Part shown: piece after piece, positions 16,168-26,283 of the stretch | How the letters are laid out: each line of letters begins with the position of its first letter | Numbering within the stretch: position 1 is the stretch's first letter | From: an uncultured Acidobacteriota bacterium | GTDB taxonomy: Bacteria > Acidobacteriota > Terriglobia > Acidiferrales > UBA7541 | Length of the DNA stretch: 64,000 bases | Direction: 5' to 3' | Assembly (NCBI GenBank): GCA_963803835.1 | Contig: CAWDOI010000016.1 | Coordinates: 3,956 to 67,955 of the forward strand | Position numbers and translations under genes: made by a program | Notes under the pieces: generated by a model | What the model saw: the letters and a program-made list of their open reading frames with translations, nothing else | What the model was told of the DNA's origin: nothing | The model's database searches: none

Positions 16168-17094
16168 TTGGGGTACAATATCGCCGTGGCCGACAATGCC
16201 CGACCTAAGAAATGGCGCATCCGACGAACGACTTGGTTGCTTATTTTCATGGTTGGATTCGCTGTAGTCGCTGCAATCGCAGGGATCTGCGTCACTAGGA
16301 AAGCCTATAGCTGCGACGCACACCGCAAAGCATGTCAAGTTGCCCAGTCCACACGCGACGCTTATACGTCCACCATTCCCTTTCCTGTTGATATACAAGA
16401 CGGTTGGGCCAATCAAGACCAGATCCAGAATCAGTCCCAACCGCAAGGTAATTGCGCGGAAAGCTATTTCTGCACAGTAGTGACGGCAGTGAACCTGCCA
16501 AGTCTCTATCTGACGATTGCTGGCGTTTGGGCCATTGTTGTAGCGATTGGCACCCTGTATGTTTTGGGACTGCAAGCGCAGAGCCTGAGATTCCAAACTA
16601 GCCATATCAAAAAAAGTGCTGAAGCCGCGCTCCTGAATGCTCGGGCCATCATAAACGCTGAGCGAGCTTGGATAGACGGGGAATTCACGCAGGTCGCAGG
16701 CGACAAAGACCGATGCACTGTGCGAATTAGGAACCATGGAAAAACGCCCGCCACGGTTTCGATGGTTCAATTCAGATACGGACACCCACCACGATTTGAA
16801 AGGCTTAGCGACGAGCTTTTGCCACATATGTTTATTCGTGGAATCTTCGGTCTGATTGGAAGCCAAGAAGAGGTGCCATTGAGCACTTTGAATCTCGCGG
16901 AGATGTTCGCGGAAGTAAGTGGAGAGGTTCCTGTAGAGCAGCGGATGCTCGGGACGATACAAGCTGAGATTGTCTATGGAGACGTTGTTAGTTCCGAACC
17001 CGATAGGAAGGTACACCGAACGGTATTCGCCTACGAGTTCAACAAGCTGCTCCAAACCTTGGAGCGCATTCCGTTCGAGAGTACCTACACCTAG
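16168..17094 (+). CDS. hypothetical membrane protein (two TM helices)
   Basis: The plus frame gives clean TM helices (TTWLLIFMVGFAVVAAIAGICV and LYLTIAGVWAIVVAIGTLYVLGL) and a globular C-terminal part. It competes with a 398-aa minus-strand ORF. Confidence 0.4.
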   Translation: MGYNIAVADNARPKKWRIRRTTWLLIFMVGFAVVAAIAGICVTRKAYSCDAHRKACQVAQSTRDAYTSTIPFPVDIQDGWANQDQIQNQSQPQGNCAESYFCTVVTAVNLPSLYLTIAGVWAIVVAIGTLYVLGLQAQSLRFQTSHIKKSAEAALLNARAIINAERAWIDGEFTQVAGDKDRCTVRIRNHGKTPATVSMVQFRYGHPPRFERLSDELLPHMFIRGIFGLIGSQEEVPLSTLNLAEMFAEVSGEVPVEQRMLGTIQAEIVYGDVVSSEPDRKVHRTVFAYEFNKLLQTLERIPFESTYT

Positions 17095-17148
17095 CAGGAA
17101 GACGGCTAAGCTAAAGCAAATTAAGTCGCTACCATACACCCGCGTTCG

Positions 17149-17177
17149 TTGACTTGCCGTTGGGCGCAGCATAACAT
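17149..17177 (+). promoter_or_regulatory. candidate promoter of kinase 1 (TTGACT-N17-TAACAT), 8 nt before the ATG
   Basis: TTGACT at 17149-17154, TAACAT at 17172-17177, ATG at 17186. No SD sequence. Confidence 0.45.
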
Positions 17178-17185
17178 CCGCGCAA

Positions 17186-20011
17186 ATGCCCGAATCGTCT
17201 CCACTCTCTGGCCGCACGATTTCGCACTACCGCATCCTTGAAAAACTCGGTGGCGGCGGCATGGGTGTAGTGTACAAGGCTGAGGACATCCGGCTCGACC
17301 GCGCCGTCGCTTTGAAATTCCTTCCCGATGATGTGGCGCACGACCCGCTGGCGCTCGAACGCTTCAAGCGCGAAGCGAAAGCAACTTCGGCCCTCAATCA
17401 TCCCAACATCTGCACGATTTATGACATTGGCGAAGATGCGGGGCGGACATTCATCGCGATGGAGTTTCTGGATGGCGTGACGCTGAAGCATCTTATCGGC
17501 GGAAAGCCCGTGGAGACGGAAGTTCTGCTCGGTTTGGCGATTGAGATTGCTGACGCTCTGGACGCTGCTCACGCAAAAGGCATCGTTCACCGCGACATCA
17601 AGCCCGCGAATATCTTCGTGACTTATTATGGGTCAGGGTTTGCAAGTACAAACCCTGAAACCCGGCGCGGGCAGGCGAAGTTACTCGATTTCGGCCTGGC
17701 AAAGATGACTCCGAAACTCGGCGCCCTGGGCTCGACCGAGACACTCTCCGCAGATGCCGCACCTTTGAGCGCGGAGCACCTAACCAGTCCTGGAACGGCC
17801 GTGGGAACAGTGGTTTACATGTCTCCGGAGCAGTTGAGCGCCAAAGACCTGGATGCATGCACGGATTTATTTTCATTCGGCGTCGTCTTGTACGAGATGG
17901 CTACTGGCACCCTGCCCTTTCGTGGAGAAACTTCGGCGTTGATCACGGATGCCATTCTCCACCGTGCGCCGGTGCCGCCTGTGCGACTGAATCCAGACAT
18001 TCCGGCGAAGCTCGAAGACGTGATCAACCGAGCGTTGGAGAAAGATCGCAATTTCCGCTATCAGCACGCGAGCGAAATGCGAGCCGAACTGCAGCGGCTG
18101 AAGCGCGACATGTCCTCAGGCGCGCTGATCGGATCGCCCACGGCGCAACCACAGTCGTCCTCGGCAGTCGCACCAGCGCAGCCCGCGCATCCCTCCGGCA
18201 GTTCCGTTGTCGTCGCCGCGGCAAGACAAAACAAAGGCGCCTTTGCTGCCATTGTCGTCGTCACGCTGGTGCTCATCGCCGGCGCCGGATACGGCCTCTA
18301 TTCGTTCCTGGGCAAAAGATCGCTCACGATTCCGTTCCAAACTTTCGCCGTGACGCAGGTCACAAACTCCGGCAAAGCTCTCTTTGCAGCCATTTCACCG
18401 GACGGGAAGTACATCGTCGCCGTGATTTTCGACAAAGGAAAATACAGTCTGTGGCTTCGCAACGTTGCTACCGGCAGCGACACCCAGATTCTCGCTCCTG
18501 ATTCCCTGCTTGTTGAGGCGGTCGCTTTTTCTCCGGACGCGAACTACATATTTTATCGAAAGGCCGTGGATCCCTCGCAGCAAGCGTACATTCTCTATCG
18601 CATGCCGGTGCTCGGCGGCTCGCCGCAACTCTTAGTCCGCGATGTGGATGGCGGTCCAACGTTTTCGCCCGACGGCAAGCGGATGGCATACATGCGGGCT
18701 AACGATCCGGAAGCGGGCAAATACCGCCTTCTTACCGCGAACCTGGACGGCAGCGATGAGAAAGTGCTGCAAATCGGCCCGCTGCCGTTTCCGGATTCGC
18801 TGTCCTGGTCGCCGGACGGGAAGAGCATCGCGTTTATCTCCTACTCAAGCGCCAAGGCGCCAGCGCAGATCAGTGTATTCGACATTGCTACTGGCAAGGA
18901 CACTGCGCTTACCGCATTTTCCGAAAGGACTTTTGCCGATCTCGCGTGGACTCCCGACGGCCGCGGTCTTATCGTCAATTATGCAGATCGCATGTCGGGC
19001 TCGACCAACCAGCAAATCGGCTATGTCGCCTATCCCGGTGGCCGATTCCAATCGCTTACGAACGACGTCCACGGCTATCAAGACCTGAGCATTTCTGCGG
19101 ACGGCAGGTCCATGGTTTCCGTCCAACGGCAGGAATCGGACTCCGTTCATGTGCAGCCTACGGCAGGCACAGGATCCTCCGTTGAAGTCAAGGGCCTGCC
19201 GAACCAGGGTGAGGTCGCCGCGATTGACTGGGACGCGCAAGGAAACTTAATCGTCGGAACGTCCTCCTCGCTTCTTCGATTGTCACTCGATGGAAGCCAG
19301 CAAACGACCCTACTGTCTGATCCCAGCGCCACTATCCTTTCGGCATCTGCGTGCAGAAACGGTGGCCCGATTCTGTTGGGTTGGTATCTGAGGGGGGGAC
19401 AAACCACGAAGAACATCTGGCGAGTAGATGCCGATGGGTCACATCCAATGCAGCTCACGAACGGCAAAGACGACGAGCTACCACTATGCGCGATGGATGG
19501 AAAGTCGGCCTACTACTTTGACGGTGGCAGCTTCCGCTTGATGAGAGAGCCCATCGATGGCGGGTCCTCGGAGCTCGTGGAAGGCAGCGCCATACCCAAC
19601 GGATATGTATGGGGAGGTCTGAACTTCTCCCCCGATGGCAAGTGGATTCCGGAGATCGCGGCCATATCGGATCCCGCCACTCATTCCGCTGAAAACAAAA
19701 TCGCTCTCGTCGACGTGAATGCCAAATCCGCAGCGTCCACGAGATTTCTAGTTCCGCGTCCCGATTTTGCGGAGCCCTTCTCGTTCACCCCCGATGGCAC
19801 GGCCGTGACGTATAACATTGTCGAGGATGGCGTCGGCAACGTCTGGGCGCAACCTCTCGATGGTTCGCCGGGACATCGGCTGACGAACTTTACCTCCGAC
19901 CGCATCAAGACATTCCGATTTTCGCCCGACGGCAAATCGCTCGCCGTCGCGCGCGAGCACATCGTTTCCGACGTCGTTCTCCTCCGCGACACCACCGCAT
20001 CATCCCGCTGA
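17186..20011 (+). CDS. membrane Ser/Thr protein kinase with C-terminal TolB/PD40-like beta-propeller (kinase 1)
   Basis: [28 protein letters not shown] and MSPEQ motifs. [23 protein letters not shown]. Repeated SPDGK blades. Confidence 0.9.
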   Translation: MPESSPLSGRTISHYRILEKLGGGGMGVVYKAEDIRLDRAVALKFLPDDVAHDPLALERFKREAKATSALNHPNICTIYDIGEDAGRTFIAMEFLDGVTLKHLIGGKPVETEVLLGLAIEIADALDAAHAKGIVHRDIKPANIFVTYYGSGFASTNPETRRGQAKLLDFGLAKMTPKLGALGSTETLSADAAPLSAEHLTSPGTAVGTVVYMSPEQLSAKDLDACTDLFSFGVVLYEMATGTLPFRGETSALITDAILHRAPVPPVRLNPDIPAKLEDVINRALEKDRNFRYQHASEMRAELQRLKRDMSSGALIGSPTAQPQSSSAVAPAQPAHPSGSSVVVAAARQNKGAFAAIVVVTLVLIAGAGYGLYSFLGKRSLTIPFQTFAVTQVTNSGKALFAAISPDGKYIVAVIFDKGKYSLWLRNVATGSDTQILAPDSLLVEAVAFSPDANYIFYRKAVDPSQQAYILYRMPVLGGSPQLLVRDVDGGPTFSPDGKRMAYMRANDPEAGKYRLLTANLDGSDEKVLQIGPLPFPDSLSWSPDGKSIAFISYSSAKAPAQISVFDIATGKDTALTAFSERTFADLAWTPDGRGLIVNYADRMSGSTNQQIGYVAYPGGRFQSLTNDVHGYQDLSISADGRSMVSVQRQESDSVHVQPTAGTGSSVEVKGLPNQGEVAAIDWDAQGNLIVGTSSSLLRLSLDGSQQTTLLSDPSATILSASACRNGGPILLGWYLRGGQTTKNIWRVDADGSHPMQLTNGKDDELPLCAMDGKSAYYFDGGSFRLMREPIDGGSSELVEGSAIPNGYVWGGLNFSPDGKWIPEIAAISDPATHSAENKIALVDVNAKSAASTRFLVPRPDFAEPFSFTPDGTAVTYNIVEDGVGNVWAQPLDGSPGHRLTNFTSDRIKTFRFSPDGKSLAVAREHIVSDVVLLRDTTASSR
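17633..17658. repeat. perfect 10-bp-stem palindrome inside the kinase 1 catalytic core
   Basis: TCAGGGTTTG-caagta-CAAACCCTGA. It lies within an in-frame stretch of about 39 nt, between [10 protein letters not shown] and DFG, that is absent from kinases 2-4. Confidence 0.85.
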
Positions 20012-20265
20012 CCAGACGGAGGTTCCAGGTCGAATGGTCCGCAGGGAAGCCCGGAAGTGAAGAGCAGTTGCTCGCGTGCCAGCGCTAAAGCGCAAGTGAT
20101 AGGCAAGGCTCGTAACGTAGCGCTGAAGCGCTCCTCCCCCGCATAAATGCGAGGGCTCCCACCGGAAGGTAACGACGTGCTGACAAATTCCCGCGGGCGC
20201 AGCCCTTCGAAACTCAGGATGAACAAGCAGCGCCCCTACGAGCGAGCCGGCGAAACGGTGGCGCG

Positions 20266-20294
20266 TTGACTTGCTGTTGGGCGCGGCATAACAT
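20266..20294 (+). promoter_or_regulatory. candidate promoter of kinase 2 (TTGACT-N17-TAACAT), 8 nt before the ATG
   Basis: TTGACT at 20266-20271, TAACAT at 20289-20294, ATG at 20303. Confidence 0.45.
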
Positions 20295-20302
20295 TCGCGC
20301 AA

Positions 20303-23203
20303 ATGCCCGAGTCGTCTCCACTCTCCGGCCGGACAATTTCGCACTATCGCGTGATTGAGAAAATAGGTGAAGGCGGCATGGGCGAAGTGTATCGCGCTCA
20401 TGACGACCAGCTCGACCGCGACGTCGCGCTGAAGATTCTTTCCGTGGGATTGCTCGCGGACGAAGCCGCGCGCAAACAATTTCGCAAAGAAGCTCTCGCG
20501 CTCGCGAAGCTCAATCACCCGAATATCGAGACCGTTTACGAATTTGGCTCTCAGGACGGCGTCGATTTCCTCGCGATGGAGTTGATTCCCGGCGATTCGC
20601 TACGCGAAAAGATCAAAGCCGGGCCGCTTGTGGAGAGAGAAATTGTGCGGCTCGGGATGCAACTTGCCGAAGGCCTGGCCGCCGCACACGATCAAGGCAT
20701 CATCCATCGCGATCTCAAGCCCGGGAATTTATTCGTCACGCCGGATGGCCGGTTGAAGATTCTCGATTTCGGCCTGGCACGATTGATCCGTCCGGAAGCC
20801 GCGAACGACGCGACGCGCAGCATCACGGTGGAGAGTGGCACGATTTCGGGCACTGTCCCTTACATGCCGCCGGAACAGTTGCGTGGAGAGCCGACCGACG
20901 CGCGAAGTGACATTTACTCGGCGGGCGCAGTTCTTTACGAGATGGCGGTGGCCCAGCGGCCTTTTCCGCAGACGCAAGGGCCGCAGCTGATGGGTGCGAT
21001 TCTGCACAGAGCTGCGCCGCCGCCGAGCGCCTCAGGCGCGCACATTTCTCCAGCGCTCGACGGCGTAATCCTGAAGTCACTCGAAAAGGAGGCATCGCAG
21101 CGTTACCAGACGGCCCGCGAACTTCGCGTCGCGCTCGAAGGAATATCGCTCAGCTCTACTGCGCTTTCGGCCGGGTCCGCGCCGGCCTCCGGCTCGGCCA
21201 TTTCTTCACCGGCCATGCCGGCATCCGCCGTCACGGCGGCCGAAATTCCCAAAGCCCACGGGCCGAAACTCTGGAAGATTCTCGTTCCCGCGATTGGAAT
21301 CTGGATCGTCGGGATTGTCGCCGTCAGTCTTTATTTCCGCTCGCATCACGCCGCGCCGTTGACCGAGAAGGACACCATCCTGCTGGCGGATTTTACAAAC
21401 TCAACCGGCGATCCTGTCTTTGACGGCTCGCTGCAGAAGGGGCTTTCTGTGCAGCTGGAACAATCGCCCTTCCTCAGCATCGTCTCCGACGAGCAAATCC
21501 AGCAAACCTTGAAGTTGATGGGCGAGAAGCCGGACGCCAAGCTCACGGGCCAGGTTGCGCGCGAGCTCTGCCAGCGCACCAGCAGCGCGGCAGTTCTTGA
21601 AGGCACAATCGCACAGATTGGCACGGAGTATTTGCTCACGCTGAAAGCAATCAACTGCACCAACGGGCGATCGCTGGCGAGCACGGAAGCCGAGGCAAGC
21701 GATAAGAATCACATCCTCGACGCGCTCGGCAAAATCTCTACGGATATGCGCGCGAAGCTCGGAGAGTCGCTCGGCACGTTGGAAGAACTCGATACGCCGC
21801 TGGCGCAGGCCACCACGCCCTCGCTCGAAGCCCTTCAGGCCTATAGCCTCTCTGAGAAGATCGCGACGCAGAAGCTGGACATTGCCGGCGCGGCGTCACT
21901 GGCTCAGCGAGCCATAAGCCTCGATCCGAACTTCGCCGTGGCGTATGCCAGCCTCGGCATCTATTACTACAACTTGGGCGAGACGGCGCTGGCGACGGAA
22001 AACATTCGCAAGGCCTACGAACTTCGGGAGCATACGAGCGAGCGGGAAAGACTCGGCATCGAATCGATTTACTACCTCGGTGCGATTGGCGACCTGGAAA
22101 GAGCGCGCCAGGATTATGAGCTCTGGGCGCAGACCTATCCGCGAGATTTCGCTCCACTGAACAATCTTCGCGTCATCTATGTCAACCTCGGACAATATGA
22201 CAAAGCGTTTGCAGAGGGGAGCGAGGCGTTTCGCGCCCGTTCGCCGGCCGGCTGGACATACGTAGTCCTCGCTCAAAGCTATCTCTTTGTGAATCGCATA
22301 GACGAGGCCCGTGCGACGATCGACGAAGCGCAGGAGAAGAAGTTTGATTTGGCGACGCTGCACTTACTCCTTTATCAAATCGCCTTCTTGAAAAACGATC
22401 CGCCACTGATGGCGCAACAGGTGACCTGGCTAGAGGGCAAGCCAGGCGCGGAGGACGTGATGCTGGCGTTCGAGGCGGATACTGCTGCGTTCTCGGGGCA
22501 TCTCGCGAAAGCCCGTGATTTCTCGCGGCTCGCGGCGGAATCCGCCGGCCGCGTCCAACAAAAAGAGAGCTCGGCGACTTACGAAGCCGACGAGGCTTTG
22601 CGGGAAGCGCTTTTTGGCAATGCTTCTGAGGCTCGGCAGCAAGCCACGACGGCGTTGGCCCTTTCGACCGGCCGCGATGTGCAATACGGAGCGGCACTCG
22701 CGCTGGCCTTCGCCGGGGATACATCCCGAGCGCAGGCGCTTGCCGATGATTTGAACAAACGTTTTCCGGAAGACACCATCGTGCAATTCAACTACCTGCC
22801 CACGATCCGCGCTCAGCTCGCGCTCGACCGCAATGATTCCCGCAAAGCGATCGAGATCCTTCAGCTCGCTGCTCCTTACGAGCTGGGTTCACTCACACGC
22901 GCGAGCGTTTTTAATTTCATGAGCCTCTATCCCGTCTATGTGCGCGGAGAGGCATGCCTGGCTGCGCATCGGGCTGGCGATGCCGCGAACGAATTTCAGA
23001 AAATTCTCGATCACCGCACTGTGGTCTTGATGGAACCCATCGGCGCGCTCGCGCATCTCGGCCTCGCACGCGCCTATGCCTTGCAGGGCGACACCGCCAA
23101 AGCGAAAACCGCTTACGATGATTTCTTCGCGCTATGGAAGGACGCCGATCCCGAGATTCCCATTCTCATCGCAGCAGAAGCTGAATACGCCAAGCTGAAA
23201 TGA
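20303..23203 (+). CDS. membrane Ser/Thr protein kinase with extracytoplasmic domain and TPR repeats (kinase 2)
   Basis: IGEGGMG, VALKIL, HRDLKPGNLF and DFGLAR motifs. TM ILVPAIGIWIVGIVAVSLYF. C-terminal helical TPR-like repeats. Confidence 0.9.
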   Translation: MPESSPLSGRTISHYRVIEKIGEGGMGEVYRAHDDQLDRDVALKILSVGLLADEAARKQFRKEALALAKLNHPNIETVYEFGSQDGVDFLAMELIPGDSLREKIKAGPLVEREIVRLGMQLAEGLAAAHDQGIIHRDLKPGNLFVTPDGRLKILDFGLARLIRPEAANDATRSITVESGTISGTVPYMPPEQLRGEPTDARSDIYSAGAVLYEMAVAQRPFPQTQGPQLMGAILHRAAPPPSASGAHISPALDGVILKSLEKEASQRYQTARELRVALEGISLSSTALSAGSAPASGSAISSPAMPASAVTAAEIPKAHGPKLWKILVPAIGIWIVGIVAVSLYFRSHHAAPLTEKDTILLADFTNSTGDPVFDGSLQKGLSVQLEQSPFLSIVSDEQIQQTLKLMGEKPDAKLTGQVARELCQRTSSAAVLEGTIAQIGTEYLLTLKAINCTNGRSLASTEAEASDKNHILDALGKISTDMRAKLGESLGTLEELDTPLAQATTPSLEALQAYSLSEKIATQKLDIAGAASLAQRAISLDPNFAVAYASLGIYYYNLGETALATENIRKAYELREHTSERERLGIESIYYLGAIGDLERARQDYELWAQTYPRDFAPLNNLRVIYVNLGQYDKAFAEGSEAFRARSPAGWTYVVLAQSYLFVNRIDEARATIDEAQEKKFDLATLHLLLYQIAFLKNDPPLMAQQVTWLEGKPGAEDVMLAFEADTAAFSGHLAKARDFSRLAAESAGRVQQKESSATYEADEALREALFGNASEARQQATTALALSTGRDVQYGAALALAFAGDTSRAQALADDLNKRFPEDTIVQFNYLPTIRAQLALDRNDSRKAIEILQLAAPYELGSLTRASVFNFMSLYPVYVRGEACLAAHRAGDAANEFQKILDHRTVVLMEPIGALAHLGLARAYALQGDTAKAKTAYDDFFALWKDADPEIPILIAAEAEYAKLK

Positions 23204-23219
23204 TCCCGACTTTGGCGCG

Positions 23220-23248
23220 TTGACTTGGCGGAGCGGCCAGCATAAGAT
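23220..23248 (+). promoter_or_regulatory. candidate promoter of kinase 3 (TTGACT-N17-TAAGAT), 8 nt before the ATG
   Basis: TTGACT at 23220-23225, TAAGAT at 23243-23248, ATG at 23257. Confidence 0.45.
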
Positions 23249-23256
23249 TCGCGGCG

Positions 23257-26106
23257 ATGCCTGATTCCTCTTCACTCTCCGGACGAACAATTTCCCACTA
23301 TCGCGTCGTCGAGAAGCTCGGCGGCGGCGGAATGGGTGTGGTCTATAAGGCCGAAGACACCAAGCTGCACCGTTTCGTGGCCTTGAAGTTCCTGCCCGAT
23401 GGGCTCGCCAAAGACCATCAGGCCCTCGAGCGATTCCAACGTGAAGCACAGGCTGCCTCGGCTCTCGACCATCCGAACATTTGCACGATCTACGAGATTA
23501 GCGAAGAAGGCGGCCAGCCCTTCATCGTCATGCAGTTCCTGGACGGCCAGACGCTTAAGCACCGCATCTCGGGCAAGCCGCTGCCGATTGACGAAGCCCT
23601 CGACCTCGCCATCGAGATTGCCGACGGCCTCGATGCAGCGCACTCAGCGGGAATCGTTCACCGAGACATTAAGCCAGCGAACATCTTCATCACGAAGCGC
23701 GGCCACGCCAAGATTCTCGACTTCGGTTTGGCCAAGACACTGACCACTGCTTCCTCTGGATCGGCTACCGAATCACAAGCGACGGTGGATGCAGTCGCTC
23801 CAGAGCATCTCACGAGTCCCGGGAGCGCGATCGGTACGGTGGCCTACATGTCGCCGGAGCAAGTCCGCGCGAAAGAACTGGATGGCCGAAGCGATCTCTT
23901 CAGTTTTGGCGTTGTGCTTTACGAAATGGCGACAGGCACTCCGCCGTTCAGGGGTGATTCCACGGGAGTCATCTTCGACGCGATTATGAATCGTCCTGCC
24001 ATGTCGCCCCTCCGGCTGAACCCCGACGTTCCCGTGGAACTCGACCGGATCATCAATAAGGCTCTGGAGAAGGATCGCGATCTGCGTTGCCAGAGTGCCG
24101 CGGAATTGCGGGCCGACTTGAAACGGCTGAAGCGCGAGACCACATCGGGTGTGCAGAGCGGGACGGTCGCGGTGCAAACGGGATCGTCGGCGGCAGCGCA
24201 GCCCGCGGCGACAGATTCCGGCACGAGCGCTTCACGTGTTTCGGCCGTTTCAGCGGTTTCAACCGTTGCCCAGCCGGTGACGTCGCAGGTATCGGACAGT
24301 TCTGTCGCCGCCGCGGCCAAGCAGCACAAGGGCGCGCTGGCCGGCATTATCGTGGTGGCGCTTGTACTCATTGCCGGCGCGGGTTATGGGCTTTATTCGT
24401 TTTTGGGCAAGAAGCCGGCGGCGATTCCGTTCCAAGCCTTCGCTGCCTCGCAGGTCACAAATTCCGGGAAAGCTCTGTTCGCGGCGATTTCACCCGATGG
24501 GAAATTCGTGGTCAGCGTGATTGACGATAAGGGAAGATCGACTTTGTGGCTGCGGAATGTCGCTACCGGCAGCGACACACAGGTCCTCGCTCCCGATCCT
24601 GCCGTTATCGCGAGCCCGGCGTTCTCGGTTGACACGAACTATATCTTTTATCGAAAGGCCGTGGATGCCACACAGACCTCGTGGAATCTTTACCGGATGC
24701 CGGTGCTTGGTGGCTCGCCGCAGCGTTTGGTCGGCGACGTTGATTTGGGTCCGACCTTTTCCCCCGACGGCAAGCGCATGGCCTATATGCGAGGCAACGA
24801 CCCGGAAATCGGCAAGTACCGGATTCTTTCGGCCAATCTCGACGGTACCGATGAGAAGGTTCTTCTGATCGCTCCGCTACCGATTCCGGACGCGCTCTCA
24901 TGGTCTCCCGACGGGAAGAGCATCGCTTATGACTCTTACGCGAATAGCAAAGCGCCGGGACAGATCAGTGTGTTCGACATTTCCAGCAGCAAAGACACTT
25001 CCCTCACGGCGTTTCCTGACAGGGCTTTCATTGCTCTTGCCTGGTCCCCGGACGGCCGCGGCCTCCTCGTGAATTTTTCGGACCGTGCGTCGGGCTCGAG
25101 CAGCCGGCAAATTGGTTTCGTTTCTTATCCTGACGGCCGCTTCCAGTCCCTGACAAACGACATCCACGGGTATCGAACGCTGAGCATTTCAGCGGATGGC
25201 AAGGCCATGGTGTCGATTCAACAACAGCAGTCGGATTCGGTTCGCGTGCAGGCTTTGGGTGCCAACGGATCACCGATTCAAGTTCCTGGCATTCCGAATC
25301 AGGCAACCGTTCGCGGTGTTGATTGGGACAGCGGCGGGAACTTGATTGTTACGACTTCGACTTCCGTGCTGCGGCTGTCACCGGACGGAAGCCAGCAGAC
25401 GGCTCTACTCTCTGACCCCAGCGCTACTATGGGGTGGTCGTCCGCGTGCCGCAACGGTGGTCCGATTCTCTTGCAGTGGTATTTGAGGGAAGGTAAGACC
25501 ACCATAAATATCTGGAGGGTGGACGCCGACGGATCGCATCCCAAACAGCTCACGAACGGCAAGGATGAAGAGTTTCCGCTTTGCTCGCCGGACGGAAAGT
25601 GGGCCTATTATGTCGATAATGCCACCACCCACATTATGAGAGTCCCCATCGAAGGCGGAACTCCGGAGCTAATGGAGGGCAGCGTAGTCTCAAACGGGTT
25701 CATGGCAGAAGGCGCGAACTTCTCTCCGGACGGCAAGTGGATGCCGGAGATTGCGGCGTTCACGGATCCCGCGACGCAAACTGCCACCACCAAGGTTGCG
25801 CTGATCGATGTCAACGCGAATACCCTGGCATCCACGAAGTTTCTGATTCCACGTCCCGAGATTCGGCTCCCCATCGCCTTCACTCCTGATGGCAAGGCCG
25901 TGGCTTACACAATTGTCGAGAACGGCGTAGGGAACGTCTGGGCGCAGCCGCTGGATGGTTCACCCGGGCATCGACTGACGAACTTCGCTTCCGACCAGAT
26001 CCGCACATTCCAATTTTCGCCGGACGGCAAATCGCTCGGCGTGGTCCAACAGCATATTGTTTCCGACGTCGTTCTCCTACGAGACACCACCGCATCATCC
26101 CGCTGA
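23257..26106 (+). CDS. membrane Ser/Thr protein kinase with TolB/PD40-like beta-propeller (kinase 3, paralog of kinase 1)
   Basis: Same motifs as kinase 1. Long shared stretches such as [26 protein letters not shown], and an identical C-terminus [17 protein letters not shown]. Confidence 0.9.
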   Translation: MPDSSSLSGRTISHYRVVEKLGGGGMGVVYKAEDTKLHRFVALKFLPDGLAKDHQALERFQREAQAASALDHPNICTIYEISEEGGQPFIVMQFLDGQTLKHRISGKPLPIDEALDLAIEIADGLDAAHSAGIVHRDIKPANIFITKRGHAKILDFGLAKTLTTASSGSATESQATVDAVAPEHLTSPGSAIGTVAYMSPEQVRAKELDGRSDLFSFGVVLYEMATGTPPFRGDSTGVIFDAIMNRPAMSPLRLNPDVPVELDRIINKALEKDRDLRCQSAAELRADLKRLKRETTSGVQSGTVAVQTGSSAAAQPAATDSGTSASRVSAVSAVSTVAQPVTSQVSDSSVAAAAKQHKGALAGIIVVALVLIAGAGYGLYSFLGKKPAAIPFQAFAASQVTNSGKALFAAISPDGKFVVSVIDDKGRSTLWLRNVATGSDTQVLAPDPAVIASPAFSVDTNYIFYRKAVDATQTSWNLYRMPVLGGSPQRLVGDVDLGPTFSPDGKRMAYMRGNDPEIGKYRILSANLDGTDEKVLLIAPLPIPDALSWSPDGKSIAYDSYANSKAPGQISVFDISSSKDTSLTAFPDRAFIALAWSPDGRGLLVNFSDRASGSSSRQIGFVSYPDGRFQSLTNDIHGYRTLSISADGKAMVSIQQQQSDSVRVQALGANGSPIQVPGIPNQATVRGVDWDSGGNLIVTTSTSVLRLSPDGSQQTALLSDPSATMGWSSACRNGGPILLQWYLREGKTTINIWRVDADGSHPKQLTNGKDEEFPLCSPDGKWAYYVDNATTHIMRVPIEGGTPELMEGSVVSNGFMAEGANFSPDGKWMPEIAAFTDPATQTATTKVALIDVNANTLASTKFLIPRPEIRLPIAFTPDGKAVAYTIVENGVGNVWAQPLDGSPGHRLTNFASDQIRTFQFSPDGKSLGVVQQHIVSDVVLLRDTTASSR

Positions 26107-26246
26107 CGCAGACCGAGGTTCCAGGTCGAATGGGCCGCAGGGAAGCCCGGAAGTGAAGGTCAGTTGCTCCGACTTTGGCGCGTTGCCTTGAGTAAGTGTG
26201 TGGTCCGCCACGGAGGACTGGCCTACAAATGCAGTGACGCCGCGCG

Positions 26247-26275
26247 TTGACTTGGTCGAACGGCCAGCATAAGAT
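26247..26275 (+). promoter_or_regulatory. candidate promoter of kinase 4 (TTGACT-N17-TAAGAT), 8 nt before the ATG
   Basis: TTGACT at 26247-26252, TAAGAT at 26270-26275, ATG at 26284. Confidence 0.45.
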
Positions 26276-26283
26276 TCGCGCCG

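Noticed and set aside
16021-17217. 398-aa minus-strand ORF overlapping the 308-aa plus-strand ORF and the kinase 1 promoter and start.
   Set aside because: It runs antisense into the kinase 1 start and has no SD sequence. The plus frame gives cleaner TM helices and a globular domain. The choice remains uncertain, hence the low confidence on the plus-strand call.
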